64,000 nt of DNA from an uncultured virus (IMG/VR IMGVR_UViG_3300029305_011880) (taxonomy: Duplodnaviria; Heunggongvirae; Uroviricota; Caudoviricetes). Below, piece after piece: positions 11,271 to 21,988 of this stretch. A model generated the notes under the pieces. It worked only from the letters and a program-made list of their open reading frames with translations, made no database searches and was not told the origin of the DNA. The stretch lies in IMG/VR virus record IMGVR_UViG_3300029305_011880. One strand, written 5' to 3'. The first letter of the stretch is position 1. The number at the start of each line of letters is the position of its first letter. The position numbers and the translations under genes were made by a program.

Positions 11271-11678
11271 TTAGCAATCGATTTTCTCATAAGCAATACC
11301 ATCATCCGTAGTGTAGCAAATATTTCGAATTCCCAGAGATTTAATATATGCCATGCAACTCGGACAAGGTCTCGCCATACCATGTTCTCTGCTCTTCATC
11401 TTACGATATGTATAAACGGTGACCTTGGACCAATCAATGTCCATGTATGCCACCTGATACAGAGCGTGAATTTCGGCATGAAGCGTATCAGGAGAAGCAC
11501 ATTCATCAAATCGAATTCGATTATATTTCTTTTGCACAGGATGAGTCTTATTGGAATTACACCCTGCAGCAATAACCTTATTCTTATACGTGACAATGCA
11601 CCCCATATGCTGACGATGAAAATCCGCAATCTCAGCCATTTCCTTGGCCTTTTTCATAAATAACTCAGCCTTTTTCAT
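11271..11678 (-). CDS. Zn-dependent cytidine/deoxycytidylate deaminase-family protein
   Basis: HAE (LHAEIHAL) and PCxxC (RPCPSC) motifs. Confidence 0.85.
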   Translation of the reverse strand: MKKAELFMKKAKEMAEIADFHRQHMGCIVTYKNKVIAAGCNSNKTHPVQKKYNRIRFDECASPDTLHAEIHALYQVAYMDIDWSKVTVYTYRKMKSREHGMARPCPSCMAYIKSLGIRNICYTTDDGIAYEKIDC

Positions 11679-11865
11679 TTGTAAAACTCCTTTATGTTCC
11701 TTCCAGTATGTATGTTTATATATTTATATTATATAATATTCACAGAAGAAAAACAAGAAATAAAACAGAATAAATTTTGATACTAAAAAATATTTTTGAA
11801 TTAACAAAAGATTATAGTCTTATTAGCATATTAAGAATTAGATGTAGGTATTTTTTTGCAAAACA

Positions 11866-11896
11866 AAACCCGTAGAATTGTTAATTCTACGGGTTT
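11866..11896 (-). terminator. Intrinsic terminator after dnaK
   Basis: AAACCCGTAGAATT/AATTCTACGGGTTT inverted repeat just past the dnaK stop. Confidence 0.75.
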
Positions 11897-11900
11897 CTTG

Positions 11901-13649
11901 TTATTCTTTTTTGTCATCGTTAACAGAGAATACTAAAGTTTTTGAAATATCAGAAAGAATCTTTTTAAATTCAAGAGTTGCAGCCATTAGCTGGGTAGTT
12001 TCCCCATTTTGCATCAAATCACGCAATTCACTAATCCCTTCATCAATTTTTTCTCTAGATTTATCATCGATACTATCATAGTTTACCTTCATTCTTTCAG
12101 CATTAGAAATTGTGGTTTCTGCCATATTAACAGCGTTCATTCTTTCTTTTTGCTTACTATCTTCTTCTGCATATTTCTCAGCGTCTCTGATTGCTTTGTT
12201 TATTTCGTCTTCGGACAAATTACTAGAATTTGTAATCGTCATGTTTTGTTGATTTCCAGTACTCAAATCTCTAGCACTAACATTAACGATGCCATTAACG
12301 TCAATATCAAAAGTGACTTCAATCTGAGGAACTCCTCTAGGAGCAGCAGGAATATCAGTTAAGATAAACTTACCTAGCGTCTTATTGTAAATAGCCATAT
12401 CTCTTTCCCCTTGAAGTACATGTACTTCAACCTGAGACTGGTTATTACTTACGGTAGAGAAAATCTGAGTTTTTCTAATAGGAATAGTTGTATTTCTTTC
12501 AATCAACTTAGTGAATACTCCGCCGTGAGTTTCAATACCCAAAGAAAGAGGCGTTACGTCAAGAAGTAACAAGTCAGAAATACTACCATCAATTACGCCA
12601 CCCTGGATGGCAGCACCAATAGCAACGCATTCATCAGGATTTATCCCTTTGTGTGGGTCTTTACCCGTAATTTCTTTGATTCTGTCCTGGATAACAGGAA
12701 TACGAGTAGAACCACCAACGAGTAGAATTTTATCAATATTTCTAATATCAACACCAGAATCACTAATAGCTTTGTTCATCAATTCAATGGTTCTATCAAC
12801 CAAAGGCATGATTAAGTCTTCAAACTTGCTTCTGGAAAGTTCAGCTTCTAAGTGTTTAGGACCAGTAGCATCGGCAGTAATAAAAGGAAGGCTGATACGA
12901 GTATTGGTCATTGTAGAAAGTTCAATCTTCGCTTTTTCAGCTGCTTCTTTCAAACGCTGAGCAGAAGTTTTATCTTGTCTTAAATCAATACCATGTTCCT
13001 TTTTAAATCCCTCTGCCAAATAATTAATTACCATTTGGTCAATGTCGTCACCACCTAAACGGTTGTCACCGCAAGTAGTAATAACCTCAAAAATACCGTT
13101 ACTAAGTTCCAAAATACTAATATCGAATGTACCTCCACCAAAGTCAAAGATTAAAATCTTTTGAGGCTCTTCCTTTTGAATACCATAGGCAAGAGCAGCG
13201 GCAGTAGGTTCGTTAATGATTCTCAAAACATTTAAACCAGCAATCTTACCAGCATCCTTAGTTGCTTGACGCTGAGCGTCATTAAAATAAGCAGGAACCG
13301 TGATTATTGCATCGGTGATTTCATCACCAATAAATGCCTCAGCATCATCTTTTAATTTCTTGAGTATAATTGCGGAGATTTCCTGAGGATAGTATTCTTT
13401 ATCCTCAATCTGTACCTTTCTGGTACTACCCATATCTCTCTTAATAGAAGATACGGTTCTTGTTGGATTAATAACAGATTGTCTTTTCGCTAACTGACCA
13501 ACAATTCTTTCTCCACTCTTATCGAAGTAAACAACGGAAGGAGTTGTTCTTGCACCTTCGGAGTTTGGAATAACAATTGTATTACCACCTTCCATAATTG
13601 CTATACATGAGTTAGTTGTTCCTAAGTCTATGCCTACAACCTTAGACAT
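11901..13649 (-). CDS. dnaK: Hsp70 chaperone DnaK
   Basis: [35 protein letters not shown], linker [26 protein letters not shown]. Confidence 0.97.
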   Translation of the reverse strand: MSKVVGIDLGTTNSCIAIMEGGNTIVIPNSEGARTTPSVVYFDKSGERIVGQLAKRQSVINPTRTVSSIKRDMGSTRKVQIEDKEYYPQEISAIILKKLKDDAEAFIGDEITDAIITVPAYFNDAQRQATKDAGKIAGLNVLRIINEPTAAALAYGIQKEEPQKILIFDFGGGTFDISILELSNGIFEVITTCGDNRLGGDDIDQMVINYLAEGFKKEHGIDLRQDKTSAQRLKEAAEKAKIELSTMTNTRISLPFITADATGPKHLEAELSRSKFEDLIMPLVDRTIELMNKAISDSGVDIRNIDKILLVGGSTRIPVIQDRIKEITGKDPHKGINPDECVAIGAAIQGGVIDGSISDLLLLDVTPLSLGIETHGGVFTKLIERNTTIPIRKTQIFSTVSNNQSQVEVHVLQGERDMAIYNKTLGKFILTDIPAAPRGVPQIEVTFDIDVNGIVNVSARDLSTGNQQNMTITNSSNLSEDEINKAIRDAEKYAEEDSKQKERMNAVNMAETTISNAERMKVNYDSIDDKSREKIDEGISELRDLMQNGETTQLMAATLEFKKILSDISKTLVFSVNDDKKE

Positions 13650-13686
13650 TAAAATACCTCCTTTTCAATAGTGTAATTGCACTATA

Positions 13687-14733
13687 TTAGATAGCGTTAC
13701 CCGTGATGTAGTAATAAATATCTCTTCCATCAAAAATGTAATAGCTATCACCATAAACATTTGTAATCTTGCCTGTATCATCAGTTTCAACAACTAGACG
13801 TACGTTTGCATACAAATCTGAATGAGAAACGCTACCAAGAATGGTATTCATCAATGCAGATGCTACATTCTCATCACACATAACGATATACTTATTGTCA
13901 ATTTTCTTACTGTAAATTATATTGTCAGAATTGTTAAAAGAATTAAACAAAACTTCTTTAACAGCGTTACTATCAATTGTACTACTTACAGGTCCAAAAC
14001 TTTCAACAATAAAGTTTAAGTTAGCATTAAAGAAAGCTTCTCCTAATTTTGTAAAATCTTCAGCTTCCATATTTATTAAACCCTCTAAAGCCAATGCAGC
14101 TTCAATCTTGTCGCTATTAGTCTCAGAAGGAACAGAAGTAACAATAGTAATACCCTTATCATTTACGTAACTACCACTACCAAATAAAGCAATCATATAT
14201 TCGGTCAAATATACCTCATTATTACGCTCGATATATCCAGGCATACCAACATTAGTTTCTGCAGATTCAACAACAGTAATAGTGCCATCTGTTGATGCGT
14301 CTTTACTCTCTTCCCAATGCTTATTTAAAATTACAATATCAGTTTCTTTAAGTGTATAAGTATAATCATCGCTATCAAACACCCAATTGCCATCTTTTTC
14401 TTCAAAGTTGGCAGCGCCGCTAGCATTTATATCTTTGACACTTACATTAAACATTCCATTTTCAATAAGTACTTTAGCTTCACCAGCTACTTGACCATTA
14501 AGGATAATAGGAAGAGTTTTTTCGCCATCCTTACGAATGTCATCATTAATAACTGGTCCATTTATATTTTCTTGATTTTCAGAATCCCCAGGATTGTTTG
14601 TATCAACCACCTGGTTTTGGTCATTTGGAGTGACCTCAATATCATCTTTAGGCCCAGCAATTAAAGCAATTGCAACTACAAGAACAATTGCACATGCCGC
14701 ACCCAAAATTATTGTTATCTTTTTCTTATCCAT
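13687..14733 (-). CDS. Hypothetical membrane-anchored/secreted acidic protein
   Basis: 348 aa, N-terminal TM helix, tightly packed between the J-protein gene and dnaK. Confidence 0.8.
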   Translation of the reverse strand: MDKKKITIILGAACAIVLVVAIALIAGPKDDIEVTPNDQNQVVDTNNPGDSENQENINGPVINDDIRKDGEKTLPIILNGQVAGEAKVLIENGMFNVSVKDINASGAANFEEKDGNWVFDSDDYTYTLKETDIVILNKHWEESKDASTDGTITVVESAETNVGMPGYIERNNEVYLTEYMIALFGSGSYVNDKGITIVTSVPSETNSDKIEAALALEGLINMEAEDFTKLGEAFFNANLNFIVESFGPVSSTIDSNAVKEVLFNSFNNSDNIIYSKKIDNKYIVMCDENVASALMNTILGSVSHSDLYANVRLVVETDDTGKITNVYGDSYYIFDGRDIYYYITGNAI

Positions 14734-14737
14734 AATT

Positions 14738-15601
14738 TTAAATCCCCCTATTTGAGTTATTTAAGTATTTTTCAACTTCTTGATATGCTATGTTAATTTC
14801 AATTATTTTCTCCTGAATTACCTTTTTATCCTTATTTTTATTTTGAGGAGCATCTGGATGATATTTACGAATCAACTCATAATATCTAGCTTTAACAGTC
14901 TTTAAATCTCTAACAGTACTTGGTAAACCAAGCATTTTAAGATTTTGCTCTAAATGGAGATTAGTACTTGGAGATGTACCCGTTCCATTAAAAGTTTTTT
15001 TCGCTTCATTAGCTTTTGCTCGTTGTCTTCCAAAAGCATTTTTAGCTAAATCATCTTTAAATTCTGGATAATAAGTATCCCACCAACTTTTAGATTCTTT
15101 TTTTATGAATTTTCGAACATCTTTTTCTGTAATTGTGGGAAACTCCAAAAGAGTTATCTTATAAAAATGAGCTTTAATATCTTCTATAACAGCAGTTATA
15201 GTATGCAGACTTTTATTTTTCAATATGTTACCAATATAATGCTTTTTCCAATTCTCAATATCTTTTTCTCTGAGACCCTTTTCGGTCATAACTTTTGATA
15301 AAATTTGTAATTCATAAAAAACAACATTTATATTATATTCTATGATATATTTAATGCTTTTTTTCTTTACTTGGTACTTAGCCTCAGAAACTTTTATCCA
15401 AGCAATTATCAAATTGTACATAGCAAGCATAAAAGGTATTATCATCCATGCTGTGAATTGAGAAATTACAAAACACACTACACTCATCACTACCCAAATA
15501 ACTGCTTCACATTTAATGCCAAATTCATTTTCTTTTATAAATGTATATGCGCTATCATTATTATCATTTTTGCACAATTGAAATTTTAGTGTGTTAATCA
15601 T
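14738..15601 (-). CDS. Membrane protein with C-terminal J (DnaJ) domain
   Basis: Two TM helices near the N-terminus. C-terminal MLGL...VKARYYELIRKYHPD...EINIAYQEV with the HPD motif. Confidence 0.85.
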   Translation of the reverse strand: MINTLKFQLCKNDNNDSAYTFIKENEFGIKCEAVIWVVMSVVCFVISQFTAWMIIPFMLAMYNLIIAWIKVSEAKYQVKKKSIKYIIEYNINVVFYELQILSKVMTEKGLREKDIENWKKHYIGNILKNKSLHTITAVIEDIKAHFYKITLLEFPTITEKDVRKFIKKESKSWWDTYYPEFKDDLAKNAFGRQRAKANEAKKTFNGTGTSPSTNLHLEQNLKMLGLPSTVRDLKTVKARYYELIRKYHPDAPQNKNKDKKVIQEKIIEINIAYQEVEKYLNNSNRGI

Positions 15602-15789
15602 GCAACGGACCTCCTATCTCTCCTATTTTTCTGTCTATTATAATACAATATATTGATATTTGCAAAAAAAGTAAATACCTATTCCGCTTTAATATCTTCA
15701 AAAAGTAAATCATATAACTATAAATAATTATATTCTCAAACCTTGATGAATATTATATTTTAGAGACTTATTATCAGGAGGTTTTATTT

Positions 15790-16137
15790 ATGATTAAGAT
15801 TTACAGACTTTCTAGAGGTGTCTTCAACGATTATATTGCAGAAACAGTTAGAGGGAAGGACACTAATGAATTTGTACTTAGACTAAAGTTATCGGCAATG
15901 ATATACGCTACAGATGTAGTAATTAAAAGACCTACATATAATATATATAAGATAGGAAAGTTTTGTATTCTAGTAAAGAACAATTCCCCCGATTATATTT
16001 CATTGGTTTATTGGGACCCCAATAGATATAGCAAAACATCTCCTGAAGTAAAAGAAAAACTGATTAACGCCTATAGAGAGTTAGGGCTTAATGATGAAGG
16101 GAATAAGTATATACGAGAAGTCAAGGAGGTAGATTAA
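15790..16137 (+). CDS. Hypothetical protein
   Basis: 115-aa ORF with AGGAGG RBS. Confidence 0.7.
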   Translation: MIKIYRLSRGVFNDYIAETVRGKDTNEFVLRLKLSAMIYATDVVIKRPTYNIYKIGKFCILVKNNSPDYISLVYWDPNRYSKTSPEVKEKLINAYRELGLNDEGNKYIREVKEVD

Positions 16138-16138
16138 C

Positions 16139-16375
16139 TTGAAAAGTAGAGATAGATTAGAAAGAGAAAAAGAAAAACGAACCATGCTGTGGTCACTTAT
16201 TGCATTAGCGTTCATTTTGTTAATTGTATGTGCCATGATGATTTTATCATTCTCAGGTGATAATTCGTCAGTAGGTAATTTTATGAATGTAATTAGATTT
16301 AAATTACAAGAAGCCTGGGATGTTATTTGGTTTAAATTATCAAACTTCTTAAACTTCTTAAAAAGAGGTATGTAA
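16139..16375 (+). CDS. Small single-TM protein
   Basis: TTG start with AGGAGG RBS inside the upstream gene, one hydrophobic helix, followed by a hairpin. Confidence 0.65.
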   Translation: MKSRDRLEREKEKRTMLWSLIALAFILLIVCAMMILSFSGDNSSVGNFMNVIRFKLQEAWDVIWFKLSNFLNFLKRGM

Positions 16376-16523
16376 TATTTTTAATGACAAAACAAAAAGT
16401 TTTGTCATTTTTTTATTGCCTTTTTATGAAAAACATGATATAATAAAATTGCTTGTTCTATTTCATAAATGCCATGAATAAAATATATAATATAGTAAAT
16501 TGAAAAACATAGGAGGAATAAAT

Positions 16524-19500
16524 ATGGCAAAGAAAATTTACAAGGTGGAGAGAACCAATGATGGCTATATGCTCTCCAATGGGATGACTATTGTTTGCGA
16601 CAATAGCATTTTTTATCCCATTGCCATCGAAGACGGCGATGTAATCCGTCTTACCACTGGGCTGTTCCACCTGCATACTGGTTACAGTCTGCTCGATGGT
16701 GCAATCAAGTCCAAAGAACTCGCAAAAATGGCATCTCACGGTGCCGACACCAAGATGACCGTAGATGGTAAGGAAATCGTGTTCTGCGAATATCCTCAGG
16801 TTATCGCCATCACTGACCATGGCAATATGTTCGGCTCTTATGAGTTCAACAATGCTATGGAAAAGGAAAATCTGATTCCCGTAATTGGAAGTGAGGTTTA
16901 CTGCGAGACTATCGGCGGAAAGAAGACTGGTAATCACCTGATTCTTCTTTGCAAAGACGAAACTGGCTATCACAACCTCTGCAAGCTTCTCTCCGAAGCT
17001 GAAGAAAACTTCTACAACAAGGCACATGTTACTTGGGAAAACCTCCGTAAGTACTATGAAGGACTGGTTTGCCTGTCCGCTTGTCTTGCTGGTGAGATTC
17101 CCCAGGCACTACTCAAAAACGATACTGACTCTGCCATGGAAATCGCTGAGAACTTCATCGATATTTTCGGTGAGGATTTCTACATCGAAATCCAGAACCA
17201 TCACATTGTTGATGAAGACAGAGTTCGTCCTGGTCTTGTGAAGATTGCCAAGGAACTCGGAATTAAGATGGTTTGTACCACTGACTCCCACTATCTGACC
17301 AAGGAAGCTGCTCGTGCCCACGAGATTCTGCTCTGCGTTCAGACTGGTAAGACGATGACGGATGTAAACCGCTTCAAATTCGATGGCGATGGCTATCACG
17401 TTCCTACCAACAAGGAATTCATCGACAACTTCTCTTTTCTGAAGGATTCTTTCATCACTCAGGCAGAAATCGCACAGAAGTGTGCGTTCCGATTCTCCAA
17501 GAAAGACATTACCATGCCTAAGTTCCCTACTGGTGACAAAAGCATGGAACAGATGTTTATTGACGAGTGTTGGAAGGGTTTCCACAAGCGTTTTGACGGT
17601 GCAGACGTCGATGTTGAGGCATACAAGGAGCGTCTGGAGTACGAAATGAGCGTTATTGCTCAGATGAAGTTCCAGGCATACTTCCTTATCGTTGCTGATT
17701 TCATCGGTTACGCAAAGGACAACGGCATCGCTGTTGGCCCTGGCCGTGGTTCCGCAGTTGGTTCCCTGGTATCCTATTGCTTGGGCATTACGAACCTCGA
17801 CCCCATCCCTTACGGGTTGCTGTTCGAGCGTTTCCTCAATCCCGAGCGAGTTTCCTGGCCTGATATCGACATCGATTTTCAGGATACTCGCAGACAGGAA
17901 GTCATTGACTACGTTAAGGCTAAGTACGGTGCCGAGTGTGTATCTCGTATCATTACTTTTGGTACTCTCGCTGCTCGTCTCGTAGTTCGTGACGTTGCTC
18001 GTGCAATGGATATCCCTCTGACTGTAGCAGACAAGGTAGCCAAGGCTATCCCTGCTGAGCCGAAGATGACCATTGACAAGGCTTTGGCTAAGTCTCTGGA
18101 ATTCCAGGCTATGTATAAGGACCCTCAGGTTAAGACTCTGGTTGACATTGCTCGTCAGCTGGAAGGTCTTCCTCGTCATAAGTCTCAGCATGCATGTGGT
18201 GTTATTATCTCTGCTGCTCCTGTTGATGAGTTTGTACCTGAAGTTCTTCTGGAAGACACCAATGGTCAGGTTGCCCGCACTGCGGCCTTTACTATGACCG
18301 AACTGGAGGACCTCGGTCTTCTGAAGTGTGACTTCCTTGGTCTTCGTAACATGGGCATTATCAAGACTGCTCTGGACCACATTGGTATGAACGACAATCA
18401 GATTCCTTTGACTGACCCTTACGTTTATGCTAATATTCTTGCTACTGCTGATACCGATGGTATTTTCCAGGTTGAAAGCGCTGGCATGAAGGGCCTGATG
18501 CGTGATATGTTCAGTGACGTTAAGGCTAAGATTCGCAAGTTCGAGCAGAAGTATGGTTTTACCACTTATGCGGAGGCTATGCAGAATCAGAAGGCTGCAG
18601 ATGAATTCAACGCTTTTGGTAAGGAGTGTTTCGAGCGTCTAATCGCTGCGATTTCTCTGTACCGTCCTGGTCCGATGGACTACATCCCTCAGTATGTTGC
18701 TGGAATGAAGAATCCTTCTTCTATCCACTACGACTGTAAGGAACTGGAGTCTATTCTGGCCAACACCTACGGGGTTCTCGTGTATCAGGAACAGGTTCAG
18801 GAAGCTTGCCGTAAAATGGCTGGCTATTCCCTGGGTCGAGCTGACCTAATCAGACGTGCAATGGGCAAAAAGAAGATGGAAATCATGAACATGGAAAGAG
18901 AAATCTTCCTGTTCGGTAATGCCCAGAGCCGCAAGGAAAACGAAGCACTGGTGCCTGGCTGTATTGCTAATGGTATCAGCGAAGAAGCCGCTACAACCGT
19001 CTGGAATAAGATGGTTGAATTCGCAAATTACGCATTCAACAAATCCCATAGTGCTGGATATGCCGTAATTAGCATTCAGACTGCCTGGATTAAGTACTAT
19101 CACCCGACTGAGTTTTGGGCAGAGACTATGAACTCTGTAATCACCAAGACTGACAAGCTGAAGAAGTATATTTCCAGCGCGAAGAACAGCGGTATGAAGC
19201 TGCTCAGCCCCGACATTAACGAGTCTATGGAGACCTTCAGCATCGTTTCCAACGGTGTTATTCGTATGGGTCTTGTCGGCCTCCGCAATGTTGGCAAGAG
19301 CTCTCGTCCTATCATTGAAGAGCGTGCTCAGAATGGTAAGTTCGAAAGCTTCGAAGATTTCGTTTCCCGCCTGATGCCTGAAAAGCGTTCTTATGAATCC
19401 CTAGTGTATTCTGGTGCGCTTGATGAGTTCGTAGGCACTCGTCGTGCTAAAATCCAGGCAATGGATAGCATCAACGAGTATAAAAAGGCCATGACTGCTC

Positions 19501-20279
19501 ATAAAGACATGTGGTTCGATATCCCTGAACTGGATGAGTGGTATAAGTCTTTCTTCACCATCACCGTGCCTGAAGTTTCCGAAATGGAAAATGGTGATAA
19601 GCTTGAAAAAGAATATCACTATGCAGGTATGTACGTGAGTGCCCATCCTCTCGACGAGTTCGAGTCCGCTATCCGTTCCTTCGGTTATGTGGATATTTCC
19701 GAGCTGACTGAAGAGGATGAAGAGACCGAATCTACTGGTGTAAAGGTTGAGCAGGAGCGTGCTGTAACCATCATCGGTGTAGTTAAGGAATTCGAGCAGA
19801 AGTTGACCAAGCGTGGAGACTCCATGTATGTCTTCCAGCTGGAAGATACTACTGGCAATATCCGCACTACTATGTTCCCCAAGGAAGTCGAAATGTATGG
19901 CGATGCAATCCATGAGAATGCAGTCGTTCGCATTGACGGCACTTGGAAGAACAACGACTTCGGTGTTCAGGTAGTGGTAGGAACTGTAATGGCTCTCGAA
20001 GACATCAAGGTTTCTGCTCCTGAGCGTTATTTGCTTGGTGCATCTAAGCAGACCGTTAAGGACCTGATTGCCGTTCTTGACGAATACGCAGATAACTCCA
20101 AGGACGCTGTCGTAGTCGTTATCGAAATGGATAATGGCAAGCAGTTTGTTGTTAATAGCAACACTGAAATCGACAAGCGAGCTGTTGCTGTTGAAAACAT
20201 CAGCAGCGTAGCACCTGTAAAGGTTGCTCCTTCCCTGGAAGCTTTTAGCGCTATTCGCAAGGTCGCTAGAGTTCTCTAA
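16524..20279 (+). CDS. dnaE: DNA polymerase III alpha subunit (DnaE type)
   Basis: PHP motifs HLHTGYSLLDG and AITDHG, GPGRGSA, catalytic PDIDIDF, KCDFLGLR, YAFNKSH, C-terminal OB fold. ATG at 16524 follows AGGAGG. Confidence 0.97.
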   Translation: MAKKIYKVERTNDGYMLSNGMTIVCDNSIFYPIAIEDGDVIRLTTGLFHLHTGYSLLDGAIKSKELAKMASHGADTKMTVDGKEIVFCEYPQVIAITDHGNMFGSYEFNNAMEKENLIPVIGSEVYCETIGGKKTGNHLILLCKDETGYHNLCKLLSEAEENFYNKAHVTWENLRKYYEGLVCLSACLAGEIPQALLKNDTDSAMEIAENFIDIFGEDFYIEIQNHHIVDEDRVRPGLVKIAKELGIKMVCTTDSHYLTKEAARAHEILLCVQTGKTMTDVNRFKFDGDGYHVPTNKEFIDNFSFLKDSFITQAEIAQKCAFRFSKKDITMPKFPTGDKSMEQMFIDECWKGFHKRFDGADVDVEAYKERLEYEMSVIAQMKFQAYFLIVADFIGYAKDNGIAVGPGRGSAVGSLVSYCLGITNLDPIPYGLLFERFLNPERVSWPDIDIDFQDTRRQEVIDYVKAKYGAECVSRIITFGTLAARLVVRDVARAMDIPLTVADKVAKAIPAEPKMTIDKALAKSLEFQAMYKDPQVKTLVDIARQLEGLPRHKSQHACGVIISAAPVDEFVPEVLLEDTNGQVARTAAFTMTELEDLGLLKCDFLGLRNMGIIKTALDHIGMNDNQIPLTDPYVYANILATADTDGIFQVESAGMKGLMRDMFSDVKAKIRKFEQKYGFTTYAEAMQNQKAADEFNAFGKECFERLIAAISLYRPGPMDYIPQYVAGMKNPSSIHYDCKELESILANTYGVLVYQEQVQEACRKMAGYSLGRADLIRRAMGKKKMEIMNMEREIFLFGNAQSRKENEALVPGCIANGISEEAATTVWNKMVEFANYAFNKSHSAGYAVISIQTAWIKYYHPTEFWAETMNSVITKTDKLKKYISSAKNSGMKLLSPDINESMETFSIVSNGVIRMGLVGLRNVGKSSRPIIEERAQNGKFESFEDFVSRLMPEKRSYESLVYSGALDEFVGTRRAKIQAMDSINEYKKAMTAHKDMWFDIPELDEWYKSFFTITVPEVSEMENGDKLEKEYHYAGMYVSAHPLDEFESAIRSFGYVDISELTEEDEETESTGVKVEQERAVTIIGVVKEFEQKLTKRGDSMYVFQLEDTTGNIRTTMFPKEVEMYGDAIHENAVVRIDGTWKNNDFGVQVVVGTVMALEDIKVSAPERYLLGASKQTVKDLIAVLDEYADNSKDAVVVVIEMDNGKQFVVNSNTEIDKRAVAVENISSVAPVKVAPSLEAFSAIRKVARVL

Positions 20280-20284
20280 TCATA

Positions 20285-20325
20285 AAAATAGCCCCCACAT
20301 CGAAAGATGTTGGGGGTTGTTTTTT
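20285..20325 (+). terminator. Intrinsic terminator after dnaE
   Basis: GCCCCCACATC-GAAA-GATGTTGGGGGT plus T-tract. Confidence 0.8.
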
Positions 20326-20403
20326 GCCATAAATTAATCATTGACAAGAAAAGGAATTTATTATATAATTACATATATACGAAAAGAAAGGGGTTCCAAT
20401 ATT

Positions 20404-20757
20404 ATGCAAGATTACAGACAAATTCTTGAAAGACTCTATGAATTCAGAGGCAAAAAATCTGGGAAGAATTGGCTTATATACATAACCTTTTTAGAAACCA
20501 ATTCTTCCCAAGAGAGATATATAGAACAAATTCCATATATTACTATCATCAATCTTAAAAAGTTTCTCCTCAAGAACTCTAAAAGAATGATACACTCGTC
20601 AATTATACGAAATTTCATCGAAAAGTCAATACATAATTACGATGAAACATATATTGGCAATATTGGAAATGTTCTGGATATTATAGACCTCCTTGATGAA
20701 GACCCAGAATATAAAGATTCATCACTCATGAAAGAACTAAAAAGAATTTTTCATTAA
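20404..20757 (+). CDS. Hypothetical protein
   Basis: ORF downstream of a TTGACA...TATAAT promoter at 20341-20369. Likely start MQDYRQ. Confidence 0.6.
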   Translation: MQDYRQILERLYEFRGKKSGKNWLIYITFLETNSSQERYIEQIPYITIINLKKFLLKNSKRMIHSSIIRNFIEKSIHNYDETYIGNIGNVLDIIDLLDEDPEYKDSSLMKELKRIFH

Positions 20758-20920
20758 TTTCTAAAAATATTTTTATTTTTAGTTATGAGACTAAATTCTT
20801 CATTGTATAATTTAGTATATAGCAAACAGTGGTTTAGGAATATTCCAGATTACTTGATTGTTGTATGGAACTAAAAAACACAAGAAAGATAAAGCCGATA
20901 AGGCAGAAAGGACGCACAAC

Positions 20921-20986
20921 ATGATGTACTTCACTAATGAAATGAACAGCAAGAACATCAATTCGTTTAATTCTTTTATTCTTTAA
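20921..20986 (+). CDS. Putative 21-aa small peptide MMYFTNEMNSKNINSFNSFIL
   Basis: GAAAGGA RBS upstream of ATG, followed by structured RNA and a terminator. Confidence 0.4.
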   Translation: MMYFTNEMNSKNINSFNSFIL

Positions 20987-21019
20987 TCCGTTTATTAATC
21001 CGAACAACAATCTGAAAAC

Positions 21020-21134
21020 GCGCCGAAAGGCGCAAGGTAGACATATTCCCCTAAGCCCATAAAAAAATAAACAGTTTGTGGTCTTAGTGGAGTATGTCTG
21101 CTTCTTAAAAAGAGCTCTGTCGGGCTCTTTTTTT
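21020..21134 (+). ncRNA. Structured RNA segment ending in an intrinsic terminator
   Basis: GCGCC-GAAA-GGCGC hairpin, long imperfect hairpin 21034-21103, terminator AGAGCTCTGTCGGGCTCT plus T-tract. Confidence 0.45.
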
Positions 21135-21227
21135 GTTGCTTAAAACAAGGTATAAACATCTTTATAGTTTTTTTATTTGCGTCCTTTGTATATTATTTAA
21201 TAATAGAACTTGAAAGGACGTGAAACT

Positions 21228-21944
21228 ATGTTGTCAATTGTGATTCCTTGCTATAACGAAGGAATGAAATTAGTGGATAATATACAGAAAGTTAATAAAT
21301 ATATGGACTCTATTTCCGTAAATAACTATGAAATTATTGTCGTAAATGATGGTAGCAAAGACAATACATTCGACGTTTTAAAGGAGAACGAATCTAAATT
21401 CCAAAATACTAGATTAGAAGGATATACAATTAATAGAGGCAAGGGATATGCCATTAAGACAGGCTTATTATCTGCCAAAGGCGATATAGTCTTGTTTATG
21501 GATGCAGACTTATCTACAGATTTAGGTGCTATAAAGGACTCTCTGGAACTAATGAATACATATCAATACGATGTTATAATAGGTAATAGACGTGGAGAAA
21601 ACTCCAAAGAAGAAAATAAGAGCGCACTTAGAAAGTTATTGAGTTGGGGTTGTCATCTAGTCACGAAAATTTTTACAGGAATCGATTATGTTGATACACA
21701 GTGCGGATTCAAAGTATTTAAAAGCAATGTCGCAAAAGACCTTGCAAATAAACAAACAATTGAACGATTCGCATTTGATATTGAATACTTATATATCGCA
21801 AAATTAAAGAACTATACCGTTGCTGAACTAGCAGTGGTATGGAATGATGACAAAGATTCTAAAGTAAAAGTTGTAAGAGATACACTAAGATTCATGAGAG
21901 ACCTTTTGAAAATTAGAGCAAACAAAAAGAAATATTTATTATAA
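21228..21944 (+). CDS. GT2 glycosyltransferase (dolichyl-phosphate glucosyltransferase-like)
   Basis: LSIVIPCYNE, VNDGSKDNT, NRGKGYAI, MDADLST, DTQCGFKVF, FAFDIE motifs. Confidence 0.92.
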   Translation: MLSIVIPCYNEGMKLVDNIQKVNKYMDSISVNNYEIIVVNDGSKDNTFDVLKENESKFQNTRLEGYTINRGKGYAIKTGLLSAKGDIVLFMDADLSTDLGAIKDSLELMNTYQYDVIIGNRRGENSKEENKSALRKLLSWGCHLVTKIFTGIDYVDTQCGFKVFKSNVAKDLANKQTIERFAFDIEYLYIAKLKNYTVAELAVVWNDDKDSKVKVVRDTLRFMRDLLKIRANKKKYLL

Positions 21945-21947
21945 AAC

Positions 21948-21985
21948 AAAAAAGACCGATTGGAAATTCAATCGGTCTTTTTTTT
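21948..21985. terminator. Bidirectional terminator
   Basis: AAAAAAGACCGATTG/CAATCGGTCTTTTTT between convergent genes. Confidence 0.8.
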
Positions 21986-21988
21986 GTT

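Noticed and set aside
10669..11678. Kinase plus deaminase as a split dCTP-deaminase (AvcD/Dcd-like) defence system
   Set aside because: The genes are convergent with a terminator between them, and the kinase has ordinary CoaE motifs.
16458..20260. Long antisense ORFs opposite dnaE (e.g. 17109..18380) and similar shadows opposite other genes
   Set aside because: They fully overlap well-supported genes, lack RBS or motifs, and are the expected by-product of codon bias.
21010..21045. c-di-GMP-I riboswitch-like GCC-GAAA-GGC hairpin
   Set aside because: It lacks the GCAAA junction and second-stem receptor expected of that class.
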